Source: Felis catus
Lineage: Eukaryota
NCBI RefSeq assembly: GCF_018350175.1
Contig: NC_058368.1
Span: 33,792,001-33,856,000, forward strand
Length of the DNA: 64,000 nt
Direction: 5' to 3'
The position numbers and the translations under genes are program-made. Below the pieces are notes generated by a model that had not been told where the DNA came from, did not search any database, and worked only from the letters and a program-made list of their open reading frames with translations. Of the stretch, positions 52,709 to 64,000 are shown piece by piece. Each line of letters opens with the position of its first letter. The stretch's first letter is position 1.

Positions 52709-53421
52709 TACCACTTACCAGGTCTTAATCAAGTGTCTCTATCTACCTAAGCATCAGCTTCTTCAGTGCAAATGGTGATAACACGTCACTCAGGAAGGTG
52801 GTTCTCAGGAATCATAAGTTAGAACTTTTTAAGTGCTTCAAATACTGCTTGGCATTGTAACATAACAAATCTTAGCCATTTTTAAATTGCTAAGTTTTAT
52901 TAGTATATATATCTCTTTAAAAACTATATTTACTCTCCATTTTTGTTAGTAGCTTACAAACTGAATCTTTCAGAGGATGATGAACTCTGCGACAGCAGGG
53001 ATCAAGATATCCAACTTTGAACTCTGTCAGGGTCTAGCTCAATGATTTGATTGTATGTGATGTGCAACAGATATTTGTTAGTGAATTAATACTATAATGA
53101 ACCAATACTATAAGCTTAAGAAAGAGTATCAAATTTTATATCTTATTACTATTTTTGTTAGTACTATGAATAATGTATAATGCTGGGGACTTCTACCCTA
53201 ATCTTCTTTGTTAATTGCTTTAGGAAGAATTTTCTCTCACACTGATATTTTCCACCATCTAAAGAAGAGGCAATTAAAGCTGTTTGTTAAAACAGTTAAC
53301 TATCTGCTCTGTAGACCTGTATAGTAAAGAGAAAGCAGATTTCCACCCCCCGCCCTCTAAATAAAGCTTTGGGTATTTCATGGTCCCAGTTTTAGAGCTG
53401 AGATCAAAATTCTTGAAAACT

Positions 53422-53630
53422 GGGACACCTGGGTGGCTCAGTCAGTTAAGTATCCAACTTCAGCTCAGGTCATGATCTCATGGTTTGTGAGTATGAGACC
53501 CACATCAGGCTTGCTGTCAGTGCAGAGCCCCCTGAATCCTTTGTTGCCCACCTCTCTGCCCTTCCCCCTCTGTCTCTCTCTCTCTTTCTCAAAAAGAGAG
53601 AAACAAAAATAAATAAACATTTTTTAAAAA
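53422..53630 (+). mobile_element. Can-SINE
   Basis: Head, CT tract and tail; TSD aaaattcttgaaaactg. Confidence 0.94.
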
Positions 53631-53903
53631 ATTCTTGAAAACTGTTTCAGTGTACATATAAAGTTTTTGGATAGACCTAAGTAATAATATTAGCTCTATC
53701 ATTTTTTTTTTTAATTTCATTAAATTCAAATGTATTTCCAATCCTTGACTTGGTCTTAGTTTGGCTTATTTTGTGTATACCCATGATAATATTTTACCTA
53801 ATTAGTTTTGTTGGCCTATGTTTTATGTTTTTGGACCTTCAGTTATGGATTAGTGTAACAGCAAGCAGCAAAGTGAGATTCACAATCAAGAATATAATCT
53901 TCT

Positions 53904-54113
53904 TGGGGCGCCTGGGTGGCTCAGTCGGTTAAGCGTCCGACGTCGGCTCAGGTCATGATCTCACGGTCCGTGAGTTCAAGCCCCGCGTCGGGCTCTGTGC
54001 TGACAGCTCAGAGCCTGGAGCCTGCTTCAGATTCTGTGTCTCCCTCTCTCTCTGACCCTCTCCCATTCATGCTCTGTCTCTCTCTGTCTCAAAAATAAAT
54101 AAACATTAAAAAA
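53904..54113 (+). mobile_element. Can-SINE (little diverged)
   Basis: Near-consensus body; TSD aagaatataatcttcttgg. Confidence 0.97.
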
Positions 54114-56407
54114 ATTTTTTTAAAGAATATAATCTTCTTGGTAATGTAATTTCAAATTACTAAGTGAGCAGTCGGGGGAAAAAAAAGAATAAAAAGGGCA
54201 ATCACAAAATTTAAGGACTTATTTCCTTACTTCACCTTCATTGAAACCCCTCTCTCATTATCCACAAAGAGGGACAGATCCCTCCATTTAACTTTTGATA
54301 AGTTTTCCTCAGTAAAAGACAGGAGGAGGGCAGCATCCCTTCCCCCCAAAATTATTAAAATAAATTAATTTTGTTTTTCTGTAATGCTTTGCCTTTGAGA
54401 TGAGCAAAAAAAACATAAACCTAAGTAATATTCAAATGGTACATGTCAATTTTATTATTGCTGATTTAATACACTCTGCAGTTACTGACACATACTGTAA
54501 AAATTACACCCGAAGAAGCACAAGTCTGATAATTGTTCCTCATGAAGATCGTGGCATGAAGAGAGACGAGAATATTTGTTATATAGAATTATTTATTGTA
54601 TAAAATAAGAAAAGAAACATTACAAGCCCTGTAAATAATTTCATATAGAATCAGGATGCTGGATCTTATATAACCTCAGACCTTTAAGGGAAATTTACTA
54701 TAATGAAATTTTACTTGAATATAAATTGAAGGTACAACAAGGCCAACAGTGAAGATGATTGTGGATTTCTATCACACATACAAAGAACAAAAATGACTTC
54801 TGACCCCTACCAGAAAGTTTAAGTCAATTATTTAATTATAATATATTTGACTAAATCATTGACAAATTAGTTCAGAGCTACAAACAAATATTCTGTCTTG
54901 CCAGTTTGCCAGAAGGGTATGGCCTCGCTTCACCTGCCTAGAAATTAACCCCATCTCTCTGCCAACTCAACTGCTACCTAATTTTTAGGATGCCAAAAAA
55001 TCTCTTTTGTTTTTGTTTTTATGAAAATATATTTGAGTAGTCCAGTCTGGAGGGATTTCTCTTTTTTTTCTGAATAGGAGAGAATTTAAAGGCTAAAACA
55101 CACAATTTATCATTTGGAATGCTTTTACTTTTTAAAATTTCATTGTTCTTCAGTGGTTTCGGGCAAGCTAATCTTGTCTTCCCATAGAGAAAGTGGGTTT
55201 TTAGACAAGGATCATATATTTTACTACTTTTAAATCAACCAGAAATAGAGATATACAAGTACATGCTCCACTGGTTGATCCCTTTGAGGCCATTTACATA
55301 GCATTTAACACACTGAAAGGAACAATTTCTAAATATGATTTGGGGGACAGGAGAGGTCATGCCTGCTTTAAAAGCAGAGAGACTTGTATTCTCACTACTG
55401 GGCATTAAAACAATGCCAAGCTTAAAGGTTTCCTTCTTTCCTTCCTCCTTCCCTCATTCTCTCTCTTCCTTCTCTTCCTTCTTCCTTTCTTTCTTACTTC
55501 TTTACTTCCTTTCATTTGCTCTTTACATCTCTCTTTCTTAGGATTCTAATGTTTTGTAATATTTCACTTCAATGATGACATGTGTAACGAGGCAGTCGTC
55601 AAAACTAATTATATGATTATAAAGAGAATGTTGACGATCACTAAAATATTGAGTTGCTCTACAAGCAGTTTTTCCATTTTGTTATCAGCATTTCTTCACT
55701 GTTTTCCTAGATCAGAATAACACTATTCTAGGCAGAAAAATTGATAAATGTAAAGTTATCTTATGAGCTCATTCAAGAATGCGACATGTCATTTTTCAAA
55801 ATGCTTACTTATGTCAATCAATGAATATTATTGAACATCCTGAGAGAAGGTAGAAAAAAAAATAGTAGCCTAGATGAATGAACCACGGCAATTACATTTT
55901 TAACATATTCTTTGGAACAAAAGATGGACTTTCGCCAGTCTGCATATTTCTGGTATTCTAAATTTGGAAAAGAGTAACAATTTTATAGTTGTACAGATAT
56001 ATTTCATACAATGTAATTGAATTAAACCATCAAAATCATTTTATTTATAATTCAAAAAGTTAAACCAATAACTATATTTGGAAATCTAGTTAGGGAAGAT
56101 TCCCTATCTTATACTTTATTGATAAAAATATATTTATACAAAATTTCTTTACTTAAGCTTTAACATATGTTTGATCCTATCTTTTTCTGTCAATTGTTAT
56201 TGAGTTATCCAAGTTTAGTTACTATTTCACACTTATTGCACTATGTTAATGTGCATGAAAGGATGTGTAATATACTCAGAAATCCATTTTATTCAATACT
56301 GCTTACTTATTACACCAAAGATCAATGTATTATTTAACAGGATAAAGTGAAATTCAAATTTATTTTCTGTAACTTTCAATATTTGATTGAAAAGGAGTTC
56401 AATATAG

Positions 56408-56609
56408 TTTATTTTTTAATGTTTATTTATTTGTTTTGAGGGAGAGGGAACACACAAGAGAGCTGGGGAGGGGCAGTGAGAGGGAATCTTAAGCAGGCTC
56501 CATGCTTAGCGCAGGGCCTGGCTTGGGGCTCAGTCTCACAAACCATGAGTTCATGACCTTAGCTGAAATCAAGAATTGGACACACCCAACGGAGCCACCC
56601 AGGTGCCCC
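56408..56609 (-). mobile_element. Can-SINE
   Basis: Reverse-complement body; TSD agttca(a/g)tata. Confidence 0.92.
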
Positions 56610-56974
56610 AAGTTCAGTATATTTTAATGAGACACTTAAGGCAAGGAAAATGCCTCTCTTTGCTGATTTTGACCACCAAAGAAAACAAAAATATTTCATC
56701 TTTCATTTGCTGGCTGTTACATTTAATGGCATATGCTAGAGTTCAGCTGAGCAATACGAAAGGAAGACATTATCACTGATACAGAATAAGTTGATATATA
56801 AATAATACAAGCAGAATATGTATTATATTTCATCTTCGTAGAGTGCTTCATAGTTTATTATAAAGTACACTCACACATGATCTTTTTGACCTCCTAAGTA
56901 AGGCTGGAAGAAAAAATAAATGAATGAGGGAAAATGTGAGTTAACAAGTACAGTGAATAGAATTAGCCAATCAT

Positions 56975-57472
56975 GGTATGTAGAATAACATCCCCTCCAA
57001 GGATATCCATGCCCTAAGCTGTGGAAACTGTGATGTGTTCAGTTACATAGCGAAGCACCATTAAGGCTAAATCTGGAATTAAGGTTGCTAGTCGGCTGAA
57101 TTTAAGATAAAGATTTTCTAGGATTATTGAGTTGAACCCAAGAAAGTTTCGAGTGTGGAAGGAGGAGGCAAAAGTGCATGTCAGAACGATGTGATGTTAG
57201 GAGCATCCAACCAGCCTTTGCTGGCTTTAAAAATAGAGGAAAGGAGCCACAAACCAAGGAACCTAAGCTGCTTCTAGAAGTGGAAAAGACAAGAAAACAG
57301 ATTCCCACCCAAAACCTCTCAAAAGGAATGTAGCCCTACTCAGATCTTGCATTTAGCCTAGTAAGACCTGTGTCCAACTTCTAACCAACAGAACAGTAAG
57401 TTCATAAATGTATATTGTGTAAGCCACTAAGTTTCTGGTAATTTGTTAGGACAGCAATAGGCAATGAATATA
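56975..57472 (+). mobile_element. MaLR LTR (MLT1D-like)
   Basis: agaataacatcccctccaaggatatccatgcccta...gaattaaggttgcta...aagccactaagtttctggtaatttgttaggacagcaatagg. Confidence 0.88.
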
Positions 57473-57928
57473 TTAGCATTCCATTTTTATTGGCTAATAT
57501 CACATTTACTCTCCTAAATAAACCAGAATTTTTGTGCCTAGTAAAATTAATTTTAAAATATGCTCATTTCTTGATTTATTTGTGAACTCAGGGAGAATTG
57601 GAAATTTTATATTATTAACCATTAGAATCTTTAAAATTTTAGTTATTTGCCATTTAGGATAAGATATAGCTTTATTAATTAAAACCATTCTCCCAATTCA
57701 GTTGAATTTTTCTTTCCATTTAGATACTTCTACATTTATTATCTTTTATCTTTTATATTTTAATTTTTTGTTGTTGTTGTAGAGTAAGTGTGATGTTTTC
57801 CTCTATTATACTTTACCTTGTTTTAACGGGCATTAACTTTTGTATATTCATGTTAAAAACAATAAAATATGTGATTTTTTTTTGTTTACTTTAAATAATT
57901 TTTTCAGTTGAGTCCATTCGACTTTCAG

Positions 57929-58155
57929 GTTATTTTTTTTTATTTTTTTTAATGTTTTTATTTATTTTTGAGACAGAGAGAGACAGAGCCATGAGCAGGG
58001 GAGGGGCAGAGAGAGAGGGAGACACAGAATCTTAAACAGGCTCCAGGCTCCGAGCTGTCAGCACAGAGCCTGACACGGGGCTCGAACCCACGGACCGTAA
58101 GATCATGACCTGAGCCGAAGTCGGAAGCCCAACCGACTGAGCCACCCAGGCACCC
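57929..58155 (-). mobile_element. Can-SINE within an old antisense L1M relic (~57500-58380)
   Basis: Reverse-complement body; TSD tcgactttcag. Confidence 0.95.
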
Positions 58156-58857
58156 CTCGACTTTCAGCTTATAATAACATTTTGAAGTAATGAAATTTTT
58201 CCTTCTTCCCGTAAAGTGTATTTTCTTGTATCCCTAATTGCAGTTGTCAGTACTTCCAAAACAATATTAAACACTGTTCAAGATCACAAGCATCCTTATT
58301 TTTTCCTGACTTTAATGATGCTATTTCTTAGATTTCATCTTTGAGGATGATACTCAATGTTGGCTTGTTGTTTGTTTTAATTGTATGGTCAACACAAAGG
58401 AACTATAGCTAGATTCACTATGCAACTCTGCTGAAGAATGTTAGAAACACAAACTATGTGAGATAGTGATGAGTTAACCTGATAAACATATTTTCTATGT
58501 AGAAGTATATTCCTACTCTGCCCATTACACACTGTGAATGGCAGAGGAGCGGGGGCAGATACTGTTACAGATTATGGTGTTTACCGATAATCCTAGTAGG
58601 CAAAAGTGAATGGAGCAGATACACAAACTCCAAGATCTTCTCAATGTAGAGTGGAAAAAATAAAAATATGGAGAATGAAGAAGGAAGTCTGTCTACAAAG
58701 TAGAGAGAGAAGGCAGATCTCAAGGTGGGAAAATACATTTTTGAACAAGCTACCCCCATTAGGAGACCAAGTTTTATTTGTACAAGTTTTATTTACATAT
58801 TCCTCCACATCATATCTAGTTGCAGGCTATGAAATAAAGGATGATTTGGGGACCTAA

Positions 58858-59077
58858 TTTATTTTTAATTTTTTTTAACGTTTATTTATTTTTGAGAGAA
58901 ACAGAGACAGAGCGCCGGCTGAGGAGGGGCAGAGAGAAGGAGACACAGAATCCGAAGCAGGCGCCAGGCTCTGAGCTGTCAGCACAGGGCCCGAGGTGGA
59001 ACTCAAACTCACAAACTGCGAGATCATGACCTGAGCTGAAGTCAGCTGCTTAACCCACTGAGCCACCCAGTCGCCCC
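58858..59077 (-). mobile_element. Can-SINE
   Basis: Reverse-complement body with T tail. Confidence 0.94.
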
Positions 59078-59862
59078 ATTAGGGACTGATTTTTAACAGT
59101 TGGGAATATGTTTGAAGATATTTTCCCTTAAATAATAATTCTCTTAAGATAATTCCCAAGTTTCAGAAAAGGCTATTATTGCACATATAACACTCTTACA
59201 CTGGTGAGCTATGGTGGATGATTCAGTTGGAGAAAAGGAAACCTTAGCATTGTCTTAAGTCACCCTTGTACTCAGGTCAAAGAAGCAGGATCAGCATCGT
59301 CTTAAAGGAGGATGGGTGTACTAGAATTCCAGACTATGGTTAGGAAGAAGCCATGCGGAAAGGAGACAACCTCTTATCCTCACAGGAATTATATTTGGTA
59401 TTTATTAAAGACACAAATTCCTAGTGGGTCTGGATTGGGACCTGAAAACCCACATATTGGTCAAGATTCAACTTCTGATAAGATTAATTTGTGAAAATCT
59501 GAACTATAGAAGGTTTCCCTATTAAAATTACAAGAATAAATCAATTACAAATATTTTCATTGTTGTTTGTGTGTATGACACGTATATTACAGTATAAAAG
59601 TGTATCCCTGTTGACATTTTCCTGAAATTTAATTCCTCTGATTTGCCAAAAATTTTTCAAAAGTTAACTTTGTCACAGGCAAAACTTTGTCCCCAGTGGA
59701 ATCAAGTTTTAATATTGAGAAATTATTAAAATTTAATTATTATTATTATTATTATTAAATAAATATTATTTAATTATTCCAATTTTAATTATTATAATTA
59801 CAATTAATTTTATCTACAAGAAGTGTCTGGAACTCATCATCTCAATAAAAAAGTATAACCTC

Positions 59863-60207
59863 TGTCTTAATCCATTTAGGTTGCCATAACAAAATAACAT
59901 CGACTGGGTGGTTTATAAATAACAGAAACTAATATCCACAGTTTCTGAAGGCTGGGAAGCCCAAGATAAGGGTATTGGCAGATTTGGTATTTGGTAAGAG
60001 CCTGCTTTCTGGTTCGTAGATGGTTGTTTCTTGCTTTGACTTCATATGGTGGAGGGAGAGTGAGGTCTCTTTTAAGAAAGGCATAATCTGTGAGGGCTCT
60101 GCTCTCATGACCTAAGCCTCTCACAGAGGACCCACTTCCAAAAGCCATCATATTGGGCTTAGGATTTCAACATTTGGATATGGGGGAGACATACATCCAG
60201 TCTATAG
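59863..60207 (-). mobile_element. MaLR LTR (MLT1A-like)
   Basis: tgtcttaatccatttaggttgccataacaaaata...ggctgggaagcccaagataag...taggatttcaacat...gggggagacatacatccagtctatag. Confidence 0.88.
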
Positions 60208-60599
60208 AATCTGCCATTTATGAGTTTATAAACTATAAACTTTCAGTAAATTATCTCAATATGTAAAATAAATCATCTGGAGTTCCCCATTCCTTAATTC
60301 TATTTTCAGAGCAGTTACAATACATCCTCAACTATTCACGGTTTTATTCACAAGAATTCCGAATTTTTCCAGAAGCAAATAGCTGAAACATTTTACTTCA
60401 ACTTTTAAGTCTAAAATGCAAATCCATTATCAATCTTTTAAGTAACTAATCCAATTTATAACATTTGATTTGTAAAGTGACATTTTTGCTTGCAAAATGA
60501 GTTCTTTTGAGTTCAAAAGAAGTAACTGAACTAAGGTAAATTATACTCTCAAGCCTATGGGTCATTAGAATTTTAGTAATTCAAAATTTTAAAAAAATG

Positions 60600-60990
60600 A
60601 CACAGGTTGGGCACTCCAACAAGCAGACTGGAGATGCCTGTGCAGCCTGTGATTTAGGGAGTGTCCATGGAATCAATGACTGCAGAACAAAGAGGAAAAA
60701 AGCAGTGTTGTTCAGAGGGAATAGTCCAAAAGCCAACCCATGGCCATCTCTGGAACTCATATGACCCATCAAAATTATCCTACTTGGGGCCAAAATAGCT
60801 AGGCCTTTATACTCTGCCTATATAAGTCATTCGATATGGGCTGTCTGAGCAGTGTAACTTGGAAGACGCAGATCCTTGAGCCAGGCAACCCCAGGAGGAG
60901 CAGGGAATTGAAGGCTACCTTCCGATCGAACTTTCAGCTGCAATTTTCCTCTTTTCATAGGAATCTAGGGCACATCACAGTTTCCAACAC
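60600..60990 (-). mobile_element. ERVL 3' LTR (LTR16-like)
   Basis: ggggccaaaatagctaggcctttatac...agtcattcgatatgggctg...gaatctagggcacatcacagtttccaacaca, directly abutting a PPT-like aaggggtgtac on the minus strand; left boundary uncertain. Confidence 0.65.
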
Positions 60991-61536
60991 AGTACACCCC
61001 TTGCCCTGCTGGACCCACTTCATACACATGTTGGCAGCAGTTTTTCCAGGGTTCTAACATTCCTTTGCTCATAAAGAAGATTAGTGAGCATTCCTTTGTT
61101 CACAAAGAAGTAGATAAGTAAGACAAATTCTACTTCCCAAGGTTTTGGTGTTGCAATGGATGCTTTTCTCCCTATCCTTCTTCAATCCCTTTCCCCCTCA
61201 GCTTATAGTATTTTGCTGTGCCAGTCTTATAGTATTCCCTGATGGTATGACAGGCCCTTATGCCTGGTGGGGGGGGGGGGGGAGGTCACCACACCCCTCT
61301 CAGGCTCCAGTTAATGTATATATCCATTTTTTCCATAAAAATTGGGCAAGAGTGTACCAATAACAGGCATTCAAATGGTTTATCTGGGTACCAAATACAT
61401 TCCTCCATGACTACAGTGTGTAACAGCAGATCTACCTCCTACAGATGATCAGGGTCAGTTAGACCTGACAAACTGTCGGCTCCTTTTGTTGCCTTTGAGT
61501 CCCTTGCATAAAGTCTCAGGTGTTCAGGTATTGAGC

Positions 61537-62297
61537 TGTCAGATGTCAACATGGTCATAGGACAATTAGCCAAAATGAAAGTAATAATCAAGACTTTATT
61601 CACTGGCTGTGTCAGTGTAAGCAAGAGAAAAAGTAGGTGTTGGCTTCCCAATGTTCCATATCTCCCCTACACAATGGCACCAGGTGAGAATCAATAAATC
61701 AGTGAGGATGGGGGAACTGTCTCAATGTCAAGGAGTCCTAAACAAAATGTTTTTTTTGTAACTAGGGGTTATAAAAGAGTAGAGGAAGAGGGGATAGGAG
61801 TACAAAAGTACTGAGTGAGAGTGCAGAAAAGTGTCTTAGTCAAGATCTCCTGGTAAGGAGGTGAAGGAAAAGTGTCTCAGTTGAGGTTCCTGATTAGAAG
61901 GCCCCTGAATGGAGGTGACTAGGCTAGAATATAGATATAAGAGGCTGGCCTGGGGAGGGAGCAGAGTCTTTGAAAGTAACTGTCTCCAGAAAATATAAAG
62001 GCAAAGGGGTGCCTGGGTGACTCAGTCAATTAAGTGTCTGACTTCAGCTCAGGTCATGATCTCATAATTTGTGGGTTCGAGCCCCGGGTCGGGCTCTGTG
62101 CTGACAGCTTGGAGCCTGGAGCCTGCTTCAGATTCTGTGTCTCTCTCTCTTTCTGCCCCTCCCTCACTCATGCTCTGTGTCTCTATCTTTCGAAAGCAAA
62201 TAAACATTAAAAATGTATGCAAATGTACATATAAGAGTGAGCGGAATGTGTAAAGCTCTTTGTATCATACTAACGTTTGCCGAGGGCATCTGCTACA
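61537..62297 (-). mobile_element. Solo LTR of unassigned family inserted in the ERVL
   Basis: TG...CA ends with short inverted similarity (tgtcagatg / catctgctaca); minus-strand AATAAA at ~61595; ERVL-like sequence on both sides. Confidence 0.55.
62006..62213 (+). mobile_element. Can-SINE inside the solo LTR
   Basis: ggggtgcctgggtgactcag head, CT tract, AATAAA tail. Confidence 0.94.
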
Positions 62298-63018
62298 GGA
62301 GGCTGATTATACAACCAGTTAGGATGATTCTGTCACCTGTTGATGCCAGTAAGTTTCTGTCTGTCCCTAATGTTCTAGTCTTCCTCCAGGTCCCTGAGTG
62401 GTAGGCCAGGCTATTAGCCATATTCACAGGCCAGTATATATTCTCACCTCTAACCACTTTGAAACAAACTAGAGGACCAGGTATGCTGCCTTGAGAGAAT
62501 TTCCTTTACAAAGTTTTCCATGTCCACCTATGAGAGAGGCTGCCACCCATTTTTGCCTTACATTCTAAGCTGACCTATCCAGGAACCAAGCTCAAGGTTC
62601 TTCCTGCCTCAACAGATGAATGTGTAAAATTCTGCATACCATAGGTGTGAGTTTAGAGAGTGACAATGAGGCATGAGCTATCGGTGGCATGGGTTCTAGG
62701 TTACTGGTTCATGGAACTTGGTTGTGTCCTCTTCCATGCTCATGCTTAATTCCATTTATACCACTTCCAACGGACATTGCATTATTGCTGAATCCAACCA
62801 ACTATATGAAATGGTGGATTTTCCAGAACCCAGCTTATTATAGACAGCTCCGGACTCCTATCACGTGTTCCATGGCCAGACACTCCATCTCTTCTTGGGC
62901 TCACTTTCTAGAGTTGTTTTCAACAGATGTAAAATTCTCTATGGCAGATGAGATGACCTTAATTTAGAACCCCAGGAGATTATTTTGTGATTCTCTCATG
63001 GGCACTTGCCATAAACTT

Positions 63019-63105
63019 CACTAATATATCTAATAACACAGAATATCGTCACTAATATAACACTAACACAGAATATGTCACTAATATAACACTAATAACA
63101 CAGAA
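63019..63105. repeat. Three-copy ~29-bp tandem repeat inside ERVL pol
   Basis: cactaatata..(cac)taa(taa)cacagaa(tat.gt) x3. Confidence 0.85.
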
Positions 63106-64000
63106 ATTGTCAGGTTGTTTGTTCCAAGTTGCAGGGCTGCTTATACAGGGATGCAAGAGGCTCTTCTTTTGGATGGGATATCCCAAAAAACCTCTGGCCA
63201 ATGAACCCAAAAAGCTTACTAGTATAGCAAGTCCTTGAAACTTCAAATAATTTATCGCTGACTCTTAGAATATGTGGGGCTTGCCAAGACCTTCAATTTA
63301 TTAGCTACTTTTTGTTCATCTAGCACCTTTAACAAATTGTCATATATTCAATGGATCAAGTTTTGCCAGATATCCAGATGGTCCAAATATTTTGGGGCCG
63401 TACAATTAACAGGCATAAGAGTTAACATAGACCTAAAGAAAACTGTAAATATATACCAAAGGCAACCATAGGTGAACGCAAAATGCTTCCAAAACTTTTT
63501 TTTTTTTTTACTATGGATGAAAAGTAGCACATTTGCTAAATCTATAACTGCTTCATGTACTGATGCCAGATGACTCCGCTGTAGCACAAATACCATGCCT
63601 GATAATTGCAGTTGCACTGGAGGCTGCTATTAGTTGAGTTTCCAACAATACACTATCATCTTTGAGGATCCACCTGGTTTAGCAAAATAATGATGATTCC
63701 TGGTGAACTAAATGGAGATATGAAGAGGACTAAGACTTCCCAGCCTTAAAGGTGGTACTAATTTTTGTCATCCTCTCCAAGGCTGTGATACTTTTGCTGA
63801 TAAACTATCTTGTGCATCATGGAGGTTGCAGTTGCAGGGGCTTCTACTTGGTCTTCCCCTCTGTATGGTTCTCATCTCATAGGCCAAGTACCCAATGTGG
63901 GGGTTGTACTAACAATCAAGTATATCTATCCTCACCTGACATTAGGCAGTTAGGAGGGGTCTGTAAATTTAGTATGAGGTACATACTACCCAGTGTTCCA

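Larger units (their letters stand above)
60991..64000 (-). mobile_element. ERVL-class internal region (pro/RT/RNase H/dUTPase relics), runs off the window end
   Basis: ORF 63348-63617 AVIDLANVLLFI...WKHFAFTY...YIFTVF matches ERVL RT AAIDLANAFFSI...QKQFAFSW...YTFTVL; QQ...RWKWY at ~62760-62790; RNase H YT....AN.LA at ~62400-62450; NPHIG at ~63890-63905. Confidence 0.85.

Noticed and set aside
53341..53362. GC-rich ccaccccccgccctcta as a CTCF site or promoter
   Set aside because: Only a partial motif match, and the window has no CpG island
54482..54530. Possible terminal exon ctgcag|LLTHTVKITPEEAQV*
   Set aside because: Peptide unrecognised, weak acceptor, no canonical AATAAA close by and no upstream partner exons

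Overview
AT-rich mammalian genomic DNA, almost certainly from a felid or other feliform carnivore, judged by about 29 tRNA-derived Can-SINEs of the feline type and a feline-type L1 3' end. It reads as intergenic or deep intronic sequence, and I could not support any intact protein-coding gene; nearly all listed ORFs come from SINEs, L1s or microsatellites. Main content: two large decayed L1 elements (14.1-19.2 kb and 41.5-47.6 kb), a 5'-truncated processed alpha-tubulin pseudogene (TUBA1C-like, 32.7-33.6 kb), a short L1 with a twin-priming inversion, an old ERVL provirus remnant (60.6 kb to the window end) holding a nested solo LTR and SINE, several MaLR LTRs, Tigger and hAT DNA-transposon relics (one keeps recognisable transposase coding sequence), MIR/L2/CR1 relics and microsatellites. 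I found no convincing new biological system. The most interesting observations are retrotransposition oddities (a chimeric L1 5' end, twin priming, a poly(A)-only insertion, nested insertions), an unexplained ~96-bp dispersed duplication and a few weak exon, ncRNA and enhancer candidates. Repeat family names come from remembered consensus features rather than a database search, and the boundaries of old repeats are approximate.
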